Source: an uncultured Gemmatimonadales bacterium (GTDB lineage: Bacteria; Gemmatimonadota; Gemmatimonadetes; Gemmatimonadales; Gemmatimonadaceae). From it: 64,000 nt of DNA. The stretch spans positions 64,001-128,000 of the forward strand of contig CAWKNZ010000007.1 in assembly GCA_963851265.1 (NCBI GenBank), read 5' to 3'. A program made the translations under genes and the position numbers. Position 1 is the first letter of the stretch, and each line of letters opens with the position of its first letter. Shown one piece after another: positions 18,461 to 27,453 of the stretch. The notes under the pieces were generated by a model. That model made no database searches. It was not told the DNA's origin and saw nothing but the letters and a program-made list of their open reading frames with translations.

Positions 18461-19633
18461 TCAGACGGGCGACCGCAGTGGTCGCCCCCATGCCGCAGTC
18501 AGATGGCCGCCGATCGTGTCGCGCCACCGCTCCAGCGAGTAGCCGCGCGCCGTCCGCACGCCAGCCTCGGACATCGCGCGATAGTGTGCGCGATGTTCGA
18601 TGCACGCGATGACGCCGCGCACGACCTCCGGCGCGGTTGCCGCCTCGAGCAGCACCCCCCCGCCCGCGCCAATGAGTGGTCCGAGCACCGACACGCGCGT
18701 CGTGACGACCGGAAGCCCACACGCCAGGGCTTCGAGCACGGCCTTCGGGAAGCCCTCCGATGACGTGGTTGGGAAGCAGAACACATCGGAGCGACGCAGG
18801 ACCGCGACCACCGCGGCGTGGTCGACGCGGCCGTGGAACGTGACCCGTTCGGCGACCCCCGTTCGCTCGGCGAGGGCCCGGAACTCAGCGAGCGCGTCGC
18901 CGGCGCCCACGACGTCGAAGTGCACGTCGGGAAAGCGCTCGACCAGGGCGGGAAGACTCTCGATTACGACGCCGGTCCCCTTCTCCCGCTCCTGCCGGCA
19001 GGCGATCACTAATCGTGGGCCGGTCCTCGCGTCGGGGCGGTCGTCGCTCGGGGCACACGCCCGCAGTTCCGACTCTGTGAGGCTACTCGAGAAAATCCAC
19101 CGCAGGTGTGGGTTGCGCGCCGAAGGCGGCGAATCGGCGCCGCCCGTCGTGAGCACCACGGTTCGTCCGCCGGCCACGCGCTCGAGCAGCCATCGCCAGA
19201 AGCGCTCGGCCGCCGTCTGCTGCACGAACCAGTTGCCGCAGTGGCGTACGAACAGCGGCTTGCGACCGGCCATCGCCGCAAAGATGCCGATCGTCCCGAC
19301 GTCGCCTGGTATGGGCGCGTGGACCGCGTCTGCGCGCGCCACCTCGCGCAGCAGCCGCGGCGCGTTGCGCGCCAGCCAGACGGCGAAGCGCAGCTTGCGC
19401 GCCGCGCCGCTTCCGCCGGGCAGCGTCAGCGGCGCGACGCGCAAGCTGTGGCCGTCCAGCGCCACTTCGCCGGTACGGGACGCGGCGGGGTCGCACGGGA
19501 CGAGCAGCGTCGTCGCGTCGAACAGCTCCGAGAGCGCGCGCATCTGCATCGGGAATCCGCCGTCGGTCGCGTAGCCCGACGGCGACCCCGGACACGGCCA
19601 GACGACCTTGTGTGAGATGACGACCAGGCGCAT
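18461..19633 (-). CDS. GT4 glycosyltransferase
   Basis: EGFPKAVLEALACGLPVV; ATG at 19633. Confidence 0.9.
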   Translation of the reverse strand: MRLVVISHKVVWPCPGSPSGYATDGGFPMQMRALSELFDATTLLVPCDPAASRTGEVALDGHSLRVAPLTLPGGSGAARKLRFAVWLARNAPRLLREVARADAVHAPIPGDVGTIGIFAAMAGRKPLFVRHCGNWFVQQTAAERFWRWLLERVAGGRTVVLTTGGADSPPSARNPHLRWIFSSSLTESELRACAPSDDRPDARTGPRLVIACRQEREKGTGVVIESLPALVERFPDVHFDVVGAGDALAEFRALAERTGVAERVTFHGRVDHAAVVAVLRRSDVFCFPTTSSEGFPKAVLEALACGLPVVTTRVSVLGPLIGAGGGVLLEAATAPEVVRGVIACIEHRAHYRAMSEAGVRTARGYSLERWRDTIGGHLTAAWGRPLRSPV

Positions 19634-19662
19634 GCCGGTACGGAGCGGACCGCGACGTGAGA

Positions 19663-21294
19663 CTATCGCCCGCCCGAGGCCGCGAGCGCGAACGTCGGCG
19701 GCGCCGACGATGGTCGATGACTGACGTTGTAGAGCACGTAGCGTTCGCCAGACTTGATGGAGCCGTCCATGCTCACCAACTGCCGTACGTCGAGGTCGGG
19801 CGAGGGGGTAACCGAGAGTGTCCCGCCCAGGATCAGGACCACCGGGCCGCCAGCCGCCACGCTGCGCGTCCCTGCTTCCGCCAGCGCCGTCTGCTCGGCG
19901 GTCTTGAGGTCGCGAAAGCGAATCGGCGTTTCCCAATGAACGTACGTCTCGGTGCGCGTGCGGTCGGCCGCGTAGAGCGGCTGACCGAGGAATGCACCGA
20001 CGGCTGCGGTCGGCGTGGACCAGACGCCCATCACGCGATCGGCGGGTACGTGGTGCGCTCGGAGGTACTCGGCCGCGCCGCGGGCCTGCGAGAACGGCCG
20101 CACCAGGTCGAAGCCGTACATCATGGCGAAGGCGACGACCTGAGCGACGGCGACGCCGAGAACCAGCGTCGGCAGCAGCCGCTCACTGCGCGGCGAATGC
20201 GGCGTGGCGGGCACGAGCCGACCCGCGATCACCGTCGTCGCTGCGGAGGGTCCGGCGCGCAGCACCCAGAGCGCGGCCAACCACGCCACGAAAATGTGCG
20301 CGTGATGATGGAACGTCCCGCTGTACACGAGCAGCGCGAACGCGAAGTGCGACACGACATACACCACGAACAGCACGAGCGCGGCACGTACACGGGCAAA
20401 CGCGATCGTGGTGGCGGCGAGAAACCCCGCGCCTGCGACGGCCATGAAGACGAGGCCCGGCACGCCGCGGCCGTACAGGAGCGCGTTCGAGTGCAGGAAT
20501 CCCGACGGTGCCCACCAGACGGGGATCGGCAGGAATGTGCGCCACACGCTCGACAGGAGCCCCAGGAGTCGTGGGCCGCCGCCGCCGACGGCTACGGTAT
20601 CGCCGACGAAGGGGGCATTCCGCGGAGGCATCATGACAAACGCCGAGACGAGTGCGCCGCCTCCGGCGACCAGACCGAGCGTGGTCAGGCGCCGAATCAT
20701 CTCGCGCGAGCCGGCCGGTCGGTCCCAGAGGCCATCGGCGAGAATGGCGGCGCAGAGCGCCGCGGCGAGCAGCGCACCGTAGGCGCTCGTGTTCGCGAGC
20801 ACACCGAGCAGCAGCGCCGCCGGGAGCAACCGGCGGCCGCGGATGGGCCACAGGGCACACACCGCGAAGGTGAGCAGGACGCCCAGCCCGTAACTGCGCG
20901 CGATCAGCGTGTACTCGTAGGCGAGCAGGTACCCGAACGGGAGCAGCACGCGCCATATCCGGGGGAAGGGAGCGCGCCACGCAATGAGGAACGCCGTCCC
21001 GGTGCAGAGCGCGGCGTTCAGGAACTGCATCGCGACGGGGAACGTCGTGATGCGACCGAGCACGTAGAGCAGCAGGTACCACGCTGCGGGATGTCCCTCG
21101 TAATGCAGGGCGTGAATGAGTTCGCGCACCGATCCCACATCGCGCGAGAGCATCCACGCCTGTACCTCGTCGAACCACATCTCGTGTCGGGTCACCCCGA
21201 GCACCGCCAACCCCGCGAACGCGACCGCGACCACGACCGCGAAGCGCCACTCGGACGCGCCCCGCGCGCGAGCCGGGGGCGCGCCTGCGCTCAC
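19663..21294 (-). CDS. Polytopic membrane protein, putative GT-C (ArnT/PMT-like)
   Basis: Roughly 10-12 hydrophobic helices; first loop HEMWFDE (DE motif) and YEGHP; soluble C-terminal domain; GTG overlaps upstream TGA. Confidence 0.65.
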   Translation of the reverse strand: MSAGAPPARARGASEWRFAVVVAVAFAGLAVLGVTRHEMWFDEVQAWMLSRDVGSVRELIHALHYEGHPAAWYLLLYVLGRITTFPVAMQFLNAALCTGTAFLIAWRAPFPRIWRVLLPFGYLLAYEYTLIARSYGLGVLLTFAVCALWPIRGRRLLPAALLLGVLANTSAYGALLAAALCAAILADGLWDRPAGSREMIRRLTTLGLVAGGGALVSAFVMMPPRNAPFVGDTVAVGGGGPRLLGLLSSVWRTFLPIPVWWAPSGFLHSNALLYGRGVPGLVFMAVAGAGFLAATTIAFARVRAALVLFVVYVVSHFAFALLVYSGTFHHHAHIFVAWLAALWVLRAGPSAATTVIAGRLVPATPHSPRSERLLPTLVLGVAVAQVVAFAMMYGFDLVRPFSQARGAAEYLRAHHVPADRVMGVWSTPTAAVGAFLGQPLYAADRTRTETYVHWETPIRFRDLKTAEQTALAEAGTRSVAAGGPVVLILGGTLSVTPSPDLDVRQLVSMDGSIKSGERYVLYNVSHRPSSAPPTFALAASGGR

Positions 21295-21638
21295 CGACCC
21301 GTCCGCAGCTGGAGGTTGTACACGGCGCCGATGAGCCGCCCGAGCCCGTAGCCGATCACGAACGCATAGACGAAGCCGATCAACCCGCCGTGCCACGTCA
21401 CCGAGTAACCCGGGAAGAACACGCCGAGGAGCGCGAGGTGTGGCCCGACGACTGATCCGCCCTGGATGACTAACGCCCACGTCGCGACGAGCAGGCCGAG
21501 CGCGCACACGAGCCCGAATGCGACGCCCCAAGCACGCGCGTTGAGCCGGGCGAGCGCGCGCGCGGGGAGCGCGTCCGAGCTGGCGTCCTCGAGCTGGAGC
21601 GGCGGGCGACCGAAATCACCGGACATGAGTCTGGACAT
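21291..21638 (-). CDS. Small membrane protein of unknown function (paralog of neighbour)
   Basis: LNARAWGVAFG...GYSVTWHGGLIG...YN; hydrophobic. Confidence 0.75.
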   Translation of the reverse strand: MSRLMSGDFGRPPLQLEDASSDALPARALARLNARAWGVAFGLVCALGLLVATWALVIQGGSVVGPHLALLGVFFPGYSVTWHGGLIGFVYAFVIGYGLGRLIGAVYNLQLRTGR

Positions 21639-21640
21639 GG

Positions 21641-22090
21641 TCAGACGTGGTCGAGCAGGTCCTGGCTCTGCGCCAGGTGCAGTTTCGCGCGGGCGACGAC
21701 GAGCCAGAGCGTGAGGACGAGATTGCGGGTGAAGGCGACGAACCACCCCGCCACGAATCCGACGCCGAAGCCCCACGCCGCCCCGATGAGCGACCCGGCG
21801 ACCGAGACCTCGTAGCCTCGCAGGTAGTTGCTGAGCAGCCCGAGCGGGAACCGCTGCGTTGGATCGCCCGCCAAGTCCGCCAGCGTGAGCGCAAGCAGGG
21901 CGACGGCCGCCGCGGTGCCGATCGCGACGCCGAACGCGCGCTTGTGCAGCGACGCGAAGATTACGGCCACGGTCCGTTCGGCGGCCCGTTCGGCGCGGCG
22001 CGCGGCCTCCTGCGTGTTCGGTGTGGCGGCCGATCCGCGCGCGCGTGCCGTGCCGCGCGAGGGCTCGTGCCAGCGGGCAGAAGCAGGCAT
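21641..22090 (-). CDS. Small membrane protein of unknown function (paralog of neighbour)
   Basis: LHKRAFGVAIG...GYEVSVAGSLIG...RN; hydrophobic. Confidence 0.75.
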   Translation of the reverse strand: MPASARWHEPSRGTARARGSAATPNTQEAARRAERAAERTVAVIFASLHKRAFGVAIGTAAAVALLALTLADLAGDPTQRFPLGLLSNYLRGYEVSVAGSLIGAAWGFGVGFVAGWFVAFTRNLVLTLWLVVARAKLHLAQSQDLLDHV

Positions 22091-22095
22091 GGTGA

Positions 22096-23151
22096 TCACC
22101 GGAGAGGAGACGGCGCGGAGCGCCAGTCGGTCGCGCGTGCGCCGCGTGCCGGAACGCGACGGTGGCGCGTGAGCATGGCCCACGCAGCCGACGACGCGTT
22201 CAGGATATAATACTGCACGCGGAGCGGGGCGACGCGCGCGGCGAACCCTGCGCCACGCACCTCCGCGAACCAGCGCAGGAGCCGGGCGTTCGCGGCCGAG
22301 ACCCCCGCCAGCACCACGATGCTCGCGCCGACCCCCGCGCGCCAGTCGTAGAATCCCAGCGCGACCGAAGCTGGCAGCGCCGCCGCGACCAGGACGGTGA
22401 GGACCTGCTCGCCACGTCGCAGATTCAGTGGACCGGCGGCCGTCGTCTGGCCGCGCGCCATCAGGAGACGCATCCACGGAACGCCCCGGTCACGCACGTC
22501 GGTGACGACGCCGCCGCGCCACGTCCACCGCTTGAGGTGCGTGCCCTGAATTGCCGGGTCCAGTCTGATCGCGCCGCCGTGTTCGACGATGCGGTAGCCC
22601 AACTCGATGTCCTCGATCTGAGGACGTTGGTAGCGTTGCGCGTCGAACCCACCAACCGCGTGGAAGACCGAGGCGCGCACTGCCCCGCACCCGGCCCAAA
22701 AGGTCGTCGCGGGCCCGGCGTTCGTCGCGTGGACGTAGTGGTGCAGCAGATTGCGATACTGCGACACGAACGACGGTGCGGTGGGTGAGAGGTCGTACGA
22801 TCCGAACGCCGCCGCTTCGGGCGAATTGGCAAACAGGTCGCGGAACCGGCGCAGCGCGTCGGGCGCGACGCACACATCGGCGTCGACGAAGACGAGCACG
22901 TCGCCGCTGGCGTGTCGGGCGCCGAGGTTGCGCGCGGCGGCCGGCCCGCACGGACCTTCGGCTACGCGCACCACCCGGTCGCACAGGGGCGCCGCGATGG
23001 ACGGCGTGTCGTCGGGGCTTCCATCGTCCGCCACGATCAGCTCCCACGTCTCGCGCGGCAGGTCGCTGGCGTGGAGTGCCTGGAGGCACCGCACGAGCGC
23101 CGGCGCGCAGCGGAACGCGGGAACTATCACGGAGAGCGCCGGGGCGGTCAC
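22096..23151 (-). CDS. GT2 glycosyltransferase with C-terminal membrane segments
   Basis: SVIVPA, ADDGSPD, ARNLG, FVDAD, IEDIELG. Confidence 0.9.
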   Translation of the reverse strand: MTAPALSVIVPAFRCAPALVRCLQALHASDLPRETWELIVADDGSPDDTPSIAAPLCDRVVRVAEGPCGPAAARNLGARHASGDVLVFVDADVCVAPDALRRFRDLFANSPEAAAFGSYDLSPTAPSFVSQYRNLLHHYVHATNAGPATTFWAGCGAVRASVFHAVGGFDAQRYQRPQIEDIELGYRIVEHGGAIRLDPAIQGTHLKRWTWRGGVVTDVRDRGVPWMRLLMARGQTTAAGPLNLRRGEQVLTVLVAAALPASVALGFYDWRAGVGASIVVLAGVSAANARLLRWFAEVRGAGFAARVAPLRVQYYILNASSAAWAMLTRHRRVPARGARATDWRSAPSPLR

Positions 23152-23942
23152 GACGTCCCCTCGGCCCAGCGTGCCGACGGCACGACGGCTGCGCGTCGCA
23201 CACGTTCGGCTCGGCGGCGAGCCATGCGCGCGGCCGCCCGCACGCGCAGCCGGACCGCAAACGCGATCGTGCCCCAAGCTTCGAGGCGCGCCGGGTCGCG
23301 GAAATAGAAGCTATCGAGCCGCGGCAGCAGGGCCATGTCGTCGGCGGTCCGGAGCGGCCGCAACTCGGTGGTGACCGCGCAGGCGAAGTGCTTGCGCGCG
23401 AGGATCGTCGCGTCCGCGCTCGTCGCACCGTACGGGTACGCGAACGACGTTGGCCGCACGCCCAACCGCTGCTTCAGATCCTCGGCGCCGCCCAGAATCT
23501 CTTCGGCGAGCGCGGCGCCGCTCCGTGCGTCGAGTGACGGGTGTGTGCGGGTGTGCGCCCCGATCGTGAACCCGCGCGCCGCGAGCGGCTCGAGGGCGGG
23601 CCAGTCCAATAGCGGGAGCGTCGGGATGTTCGGCGCGCTGCGGCCACCCCACGCGTTCGTGCGCCCCACGTGCCCGCTGACCACGAACACCGTTGCGGGC
23701 AGCGCGTACTCGCACAGCGGCGGCGCGGCGTATCTCGCGAAGTTTGCGAATCCGTCGTCGAAGGTGATCGCGACGACGTCCCGACCGTCGTCACGATCCG
23801 GCGCTGCGGCCAGCGTGTCGAGCGGGACGACCCGCACGCGACCCGACGCCAACCAGCGCGCGTGCGCGACGAACGCCCGCGGTGCGACCGAGATCGGTGA
23901 CCCCGTGCTGTCGATCGAGTGGTACGTCAGAATCGCGCGCAC
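23148..23942 (-). CDS. Polysaccharide deacetylase (CE4/NodB)
   Basis: ILTYH, ITFDDG, GAHTRTH, FAYPYG. Confidence 0.92.
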   Translation of the reverse strand: MRAILTYHSIDSTGSPISVAPRAFVAHARWLASGRVRVVPLDTLAAAPDRDDGRDVVAITFDDGFANFARYAAPPLCEYALPATVFVVSGHVGRTNAWGGRSAPNIPTLPLLDWPALEPLAARGFTIGAHTRTHPSLDARSGAALAEEILGGAEDLKQRLGVRPTSFAYPYGATSADATILARKHFACAVTTELRPLRTADDMALLPRLDSFYFRDPARLEAWGTIAFAVRLRVRAAARMARRRAERVRRAAVVPSARWAEGTS

Positions 23943-23955
23943 GGCCGAGCGCGCC

Positions 23956-24972
23956 TCAGTTCGCGACGGCGACGGCGTGCGGCATCACGGCGTAGCCGCG
24001 GTCGACCTCGACCCGCGCGCGCTGGTCAGCCACAACGTCGGCCACGATCTCTTCGAGCGACGTCGCGGGCCGGTAGCCCGTCAGGCGCACCAGCCGGCGT
24101 ACGTCGGGCACCCGGCGCTGCAGGTCTTCGAAGCCTGGCGGGTACGCCTCGGCGTACGGCACCAGCTCGATCGCGGACGCGCTGCCAGCCGCGTCCCGGA
24201 CCATCTCGGCGAGACGACGGATCGTGACTTCACGGTCCGTGCCGATGTTCACGACGTGACCAACCGCGGCCGGGTTGTCGACGAGACCCAGGAGGGCCCG
24301 CACGACGTCACGGACGTGCGCGAAGCAGCGCGACTGCTCACCGGTGCCGAATACGCGGATCGGCTCGTCCCGCACGGCCTGCGCGGCGAAGCTCGGAAGC
24401 ACCATCCCGTAGCGCCCGGTCTGGCGTGGGCCGACGGTGTTGAAGAAGCGCGTGACGATGACCGGCACCTTGCGCTCGTGCATGTACGCGAGCGCGAGCC
24501 ACTCGTCGAGCGCCTTCGAACAGGCGTACGCCCAGCGCGAGTGCGTCGTCGGCCCGAGCTGTAGGTCGTCGGTCTCCCCGAACGGCAGCCGACTCGACTT
24601 CCCGTACACCTCGGACGTGGATGCCACGACCACGAGCGTGCGCTTCCGCGTGGCCGCGTTCAGGACGGTCTCGGTCCCGTGGACGTTGGTGTGGATCGTG
24701 TGCACGGGTTGCTCGACGATCAGCCGTACGCCCACGGCCGCGGCGAGGTGTACGGTCACGTCGCAGCGGTCCATCAGCTCCGTGACGAGCGGTGCGTCGG
24801 TCACCGACCCGATGCGGTAGTCGAACCCTGGCCGGCCGATGAGGGCGTCGATGTTCGCCATGCGCCCGGTCGACAGGTCGTCGAGCACGAGCGTCTGATC
24901 GCCGCGTGCTAGGAGTTGTTCGGCGAGGTGCGCGCCGATGAACCCGGCGCCTCCGGTGATGAAGACTTTCAT
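23956..24972 (-). CDS. NAD-dependent epimerase/dehydratase, UDP-GlcA decarboxylase (ArnA-C/UXS)-like
   Basis: TGGAGFIG, STSEVYG, RWAYACSK, FNTVGPRQ, GEQSRCF. Confidence 0.88.
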   Translation of the reverse strand: MKVFITGGAGFIGAHLAEQLLARGDQTLVLDDLSTGRMANIDALIGRPGFDYRIGSVTDAPLVTELMDRCDVTVHLAAAVGVRLIVEQPVHTIHTNVHGTETVLNAATRKRTLVVVASTSEVYGKSSRLPFGETDDLQLGPTTHSRWAYACSKALDEWLALAYMHERKVPVIVTRFFNTVGPRQTGRYGMVLPSFAAQAVRDEPIRVFGTGEQSRCFAHVRDVVRALLGLVDNPAAVGHVVNIGTDREVTIRRLAEMVRDAAGSASAIELVPYAEAYPPGFEDLQRRVPDVRRLVRLTGYRPATSLEEIVADVVADQRARVEVDRGYAVMPHAVAVAN

Positions 24973-26237
24973 GCGACCTCCGCACGCGAGGGGAATGGTG
25001 CCACCCGGCCGTCGCGGCGTCGCTCGGCCGCGCGCCGCACGATCTCGAGGTACTGCGGAACCACGACGCGCTCGGTCCAGCGCGCGCGGACGGCCCGCGC
25101 TCCCGCGGCCGCCAACGCCGCGCGGAGCCCCGGCTCGCCCTCGAGTCGGTCGAGCGCGGTGCGCAACTCGTCGGCCGTCGAGAAGAGGAGCCCCGCGCCC
25201 GATTGTTCGATGAGTTCGGGGAATGGACCGAGGCGGCGCGCGACCACCGGCGTCCCCTGACGAAACGCCTCGATCAAAATGATGCCGAACGTCTCGAAGC
25301 ACACCGACGGCACGACGAGTGCCGAAGCGTGCGCGTAGTAGACGCGGAGTGCCTCGGGTGTTAGGCGGCCGAGGAACCGTACGCGCGGATGCCCCGCGGC
25401 CAGCGCGTGCAGGGCCGCGGCGTGCTCGCCGTCGCCGGCGACGAGCAGGTCAGGGCCCGCGTCGCCTCGGAACACCGGGATCACGTCGTCGAGCCCCTTG
25501 ATGCGCTCCAGGCGGCCCACGAACAGCACGTACGGCCGGTCGTGCGGGCGCACGGCCGCTGCCGGTGCGGGGTCGTTATCGGGGAGGAAATAGGGGAGCA
25601 CTTCCATCTCGCGCGAGAAGCCGAACTCGCGGTGCTTGTCGCGGCTGAATTCACTCATCGCAACGAACGCGTCCACGTGCGCGAGCGCGCGCTCGAGCAG
25701 ACCCGTGTAGCGCCACAGCTGGGGCGGACGCCGGTGGCGCAGCGTGCACCGCACGCACTGCCGCGACGTGCACAGTTCGCGGCCGTGCCGCCAGAGCACG
25801 TGCATCGGGCAGACGAGCCAGTGCTCGTGCGCCATGTAAATCCGCACCGCGTCGCCGCCCATCGCGAGCAGCCCGGGACCGCCGACGAGCGACACGTTGT
25901 GGAAATTCACGACGTCGAAGTGCCCGTCACCGAGGATGCGCTGAATGCGCCGTCCGTGGACCACCGGGCGCCCCACCTGCTGTGTGAGCAGTGGCGAAAG
26001 GCGGCGCAGGCGGCTTTCCAGGCGGACAACCTCGACTCCGTCCGACGTCGCCTCCGGGTCCGTCGGCGGGTCCGGGTGGAGCGCGCGGTAGGCGTCCACG
26101 TCGTGCACCACCGTGACCTGGTGCCCGGCGCGCACCAGCCCGCGCGCGAGGCGCTGCACCCCGATGGCATCCCCGCCGAAGTGGTACGGCGGGTAGAACG
26201 TCGTCAGCATGCAGATCCGCAGCGCGTCGACGCTCAT
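24969..26237 (-). CDS. GT4 glycosyltransferase
   Basis: GRLERIKG, ETFGIILIEAF. Confidence 0.9.
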   Translation of the reverse strand: MSVDALRICMLTTFYPPYHFGGDAIGVQRLARGLVRAGHQVTVVHDVDAYRALHPDPPTDPEATSDGVEVVRLESRLRRLSPLLTQQVGRPVVHGRRIQRILGDGHFDVVNFHNVSLVGGPGLLAMGGDAVRIYMAHEHWLVCPMHVLWRHGRELCTSRQCVRCTLRHRRPPQLWRYTGLLERALAHVDAFVAMSEFSRDKHREFGFSREMEVLPYFLPDNDPAPAAAVRPHDRPYVLFVGRLERIKGLDDVIPVFRGDAGPDLLVAGDGEHAAALHALAAGHPRVRFLGRLTPEALRVYYAHASALVVPSVCFETFGIILIEAFRQGTPVVARRLGPFPELIEQSGAGLLFSTADELRTALDRLEGEPGLRAALAAAGARAVRARWTERVVVPQYLEIVRRAAERRRDGRVAPFPSRAEVA

Positions 26238-27421
26238 GCCGCAGCCTCCTCAAGCGCGTCGAATGTGGCGTCCGCCGTGGTCGCCCAGCTCAGGGCCCCA
26301 GCCCGCGCGCGCGCGCACCGTCCCATCGCCTCGCGCGTCTCGGGTTCATCCATCAGACGCCGCATGCTCGCCGCAAGCGCGGGCTCGTCGCGCGGAGCGA
26401 CGAAAAATCCGCCGCCGCGCAGCAGCGCTGGGAGCGGACTCGCCAGGGTCGCAACCACCGGCGTACCGCACGCGGCCGCCTCGACGGCGGGCAGGCCGAA
26501 TCCTTCGTTCTCCGACGGCAACAGGAGCGCGACGGATCCGGACAGGAGATGTCGCAGCTCCGCGTCGGGCAGAAATCCCGCATGATGCACGCGGTGCACG
26601 ACGCCGGCCTCGCGTGCTGCCGCCGCTACGGCAGCACCCGCGCTGTGGAAGACGTCCTCCGCGGTCGGCCCCACGAGCACCAGGTGCGGCGCTGGACCGC
26701 CGTCGCCGCCGGCGCCCAGCCGTCCGAGCGCACGCACGGCCACGTCAACGTGCTTGTGCGGACTGATGCCGCCGACGTACACGAACCAGGGTGTGCCACG
26801 CGGCACGCCGGTCGTCGCCGCGATGCGCGCGATCGCCTCCGCGTCATCGCTCGGCCGGTACGCGGCAGCCGGCGCCTCGAGCGCGACCCGCAGCCGTTCC
26901 GGAGCAATACCGTACACCTCGGTCAGCTCGCGGGCGGCAAACGGAGACACGGTGAGCACCAGTCGCGATTGCGCCAGCGCGACGCGCATCTTGGCACGCC
27001 AGAACAGCCGCGCGCGGCGCGACGGCAGCGTCAGCGCGGGAAAGCGGTCAGCGATCGCGTCGTGGATCGTCACGACGGTCGGCAGCCGCAGCGGGAGCGG
27101 GAAAAACGTGTAGACGGACGGGGAAAAGAACACGTCGAGTCGCGTGCGCCAGACCGCCGCGGTGAAGCGCAACATGTCGCCCACGGCACGGCGGCCGTCG
27201 GCCGCGGCGGCACGCGTGGGGCTGACGTGTTGCCGCACCTCGACAATGCCGGCTCCCGGCACGTCCGCGACGGCGGCCGCTCGCGAGTCCGTGAACAGCA
27301 CGAGGTCGTGTCGGTCGGACGCGGCCATCGCACGCAGCAACTCGCGGGCGAACCGGCCGTAGCCGCGTGGGTTGGCCAGACATGCGGCATCCACGCCCAC
27401 TCGCAGGCGTCCCCGGGCCAT
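26234..27421 (-). CDS. GT4 glycosyltransferase (mannosyltransferase-like)
   Basis: VVTIHD, EGFGLPAVEAAACGTPVV. Confidence 0.9.
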   Translation of the reverse strand: MARGRLRVGVDAACLANPRGYGRFARELLRAMAASDRHDLVLFTDSRAAAVADVPGAGIVEVRQHVSPTRAAAADGRRAVGDMLRFTAAVWRTRLDVFFSPSVYTFFPLPLRLPTVVTIHDAIADRFPALTLPSRRARLFWRAKMRVALAQSRLVLTVSPFAARELTEVYGIAPERLRVALEAPAAAYRPSDDAEAIARIAATTGVPRGTPWFVYVGGISPHKHVDVAVRALGRLGAGGDGGPAPHLVLVGPTAEDVFHSAGAAVAAAAREAGVVHRVHHAGFLPDAELRHLLSGSVALLLPSENEGFGLPAVEAAACGTPVVATLASPLPALLRGGGFFVAPRDEPALAASMRRLMDEPETREAMGRCARARAGALSWATTADATFDALEEAAA

Positions 27422-27453
27422 GGGTGCGGACCGTCGCGAAACCGCGCGCGAGA

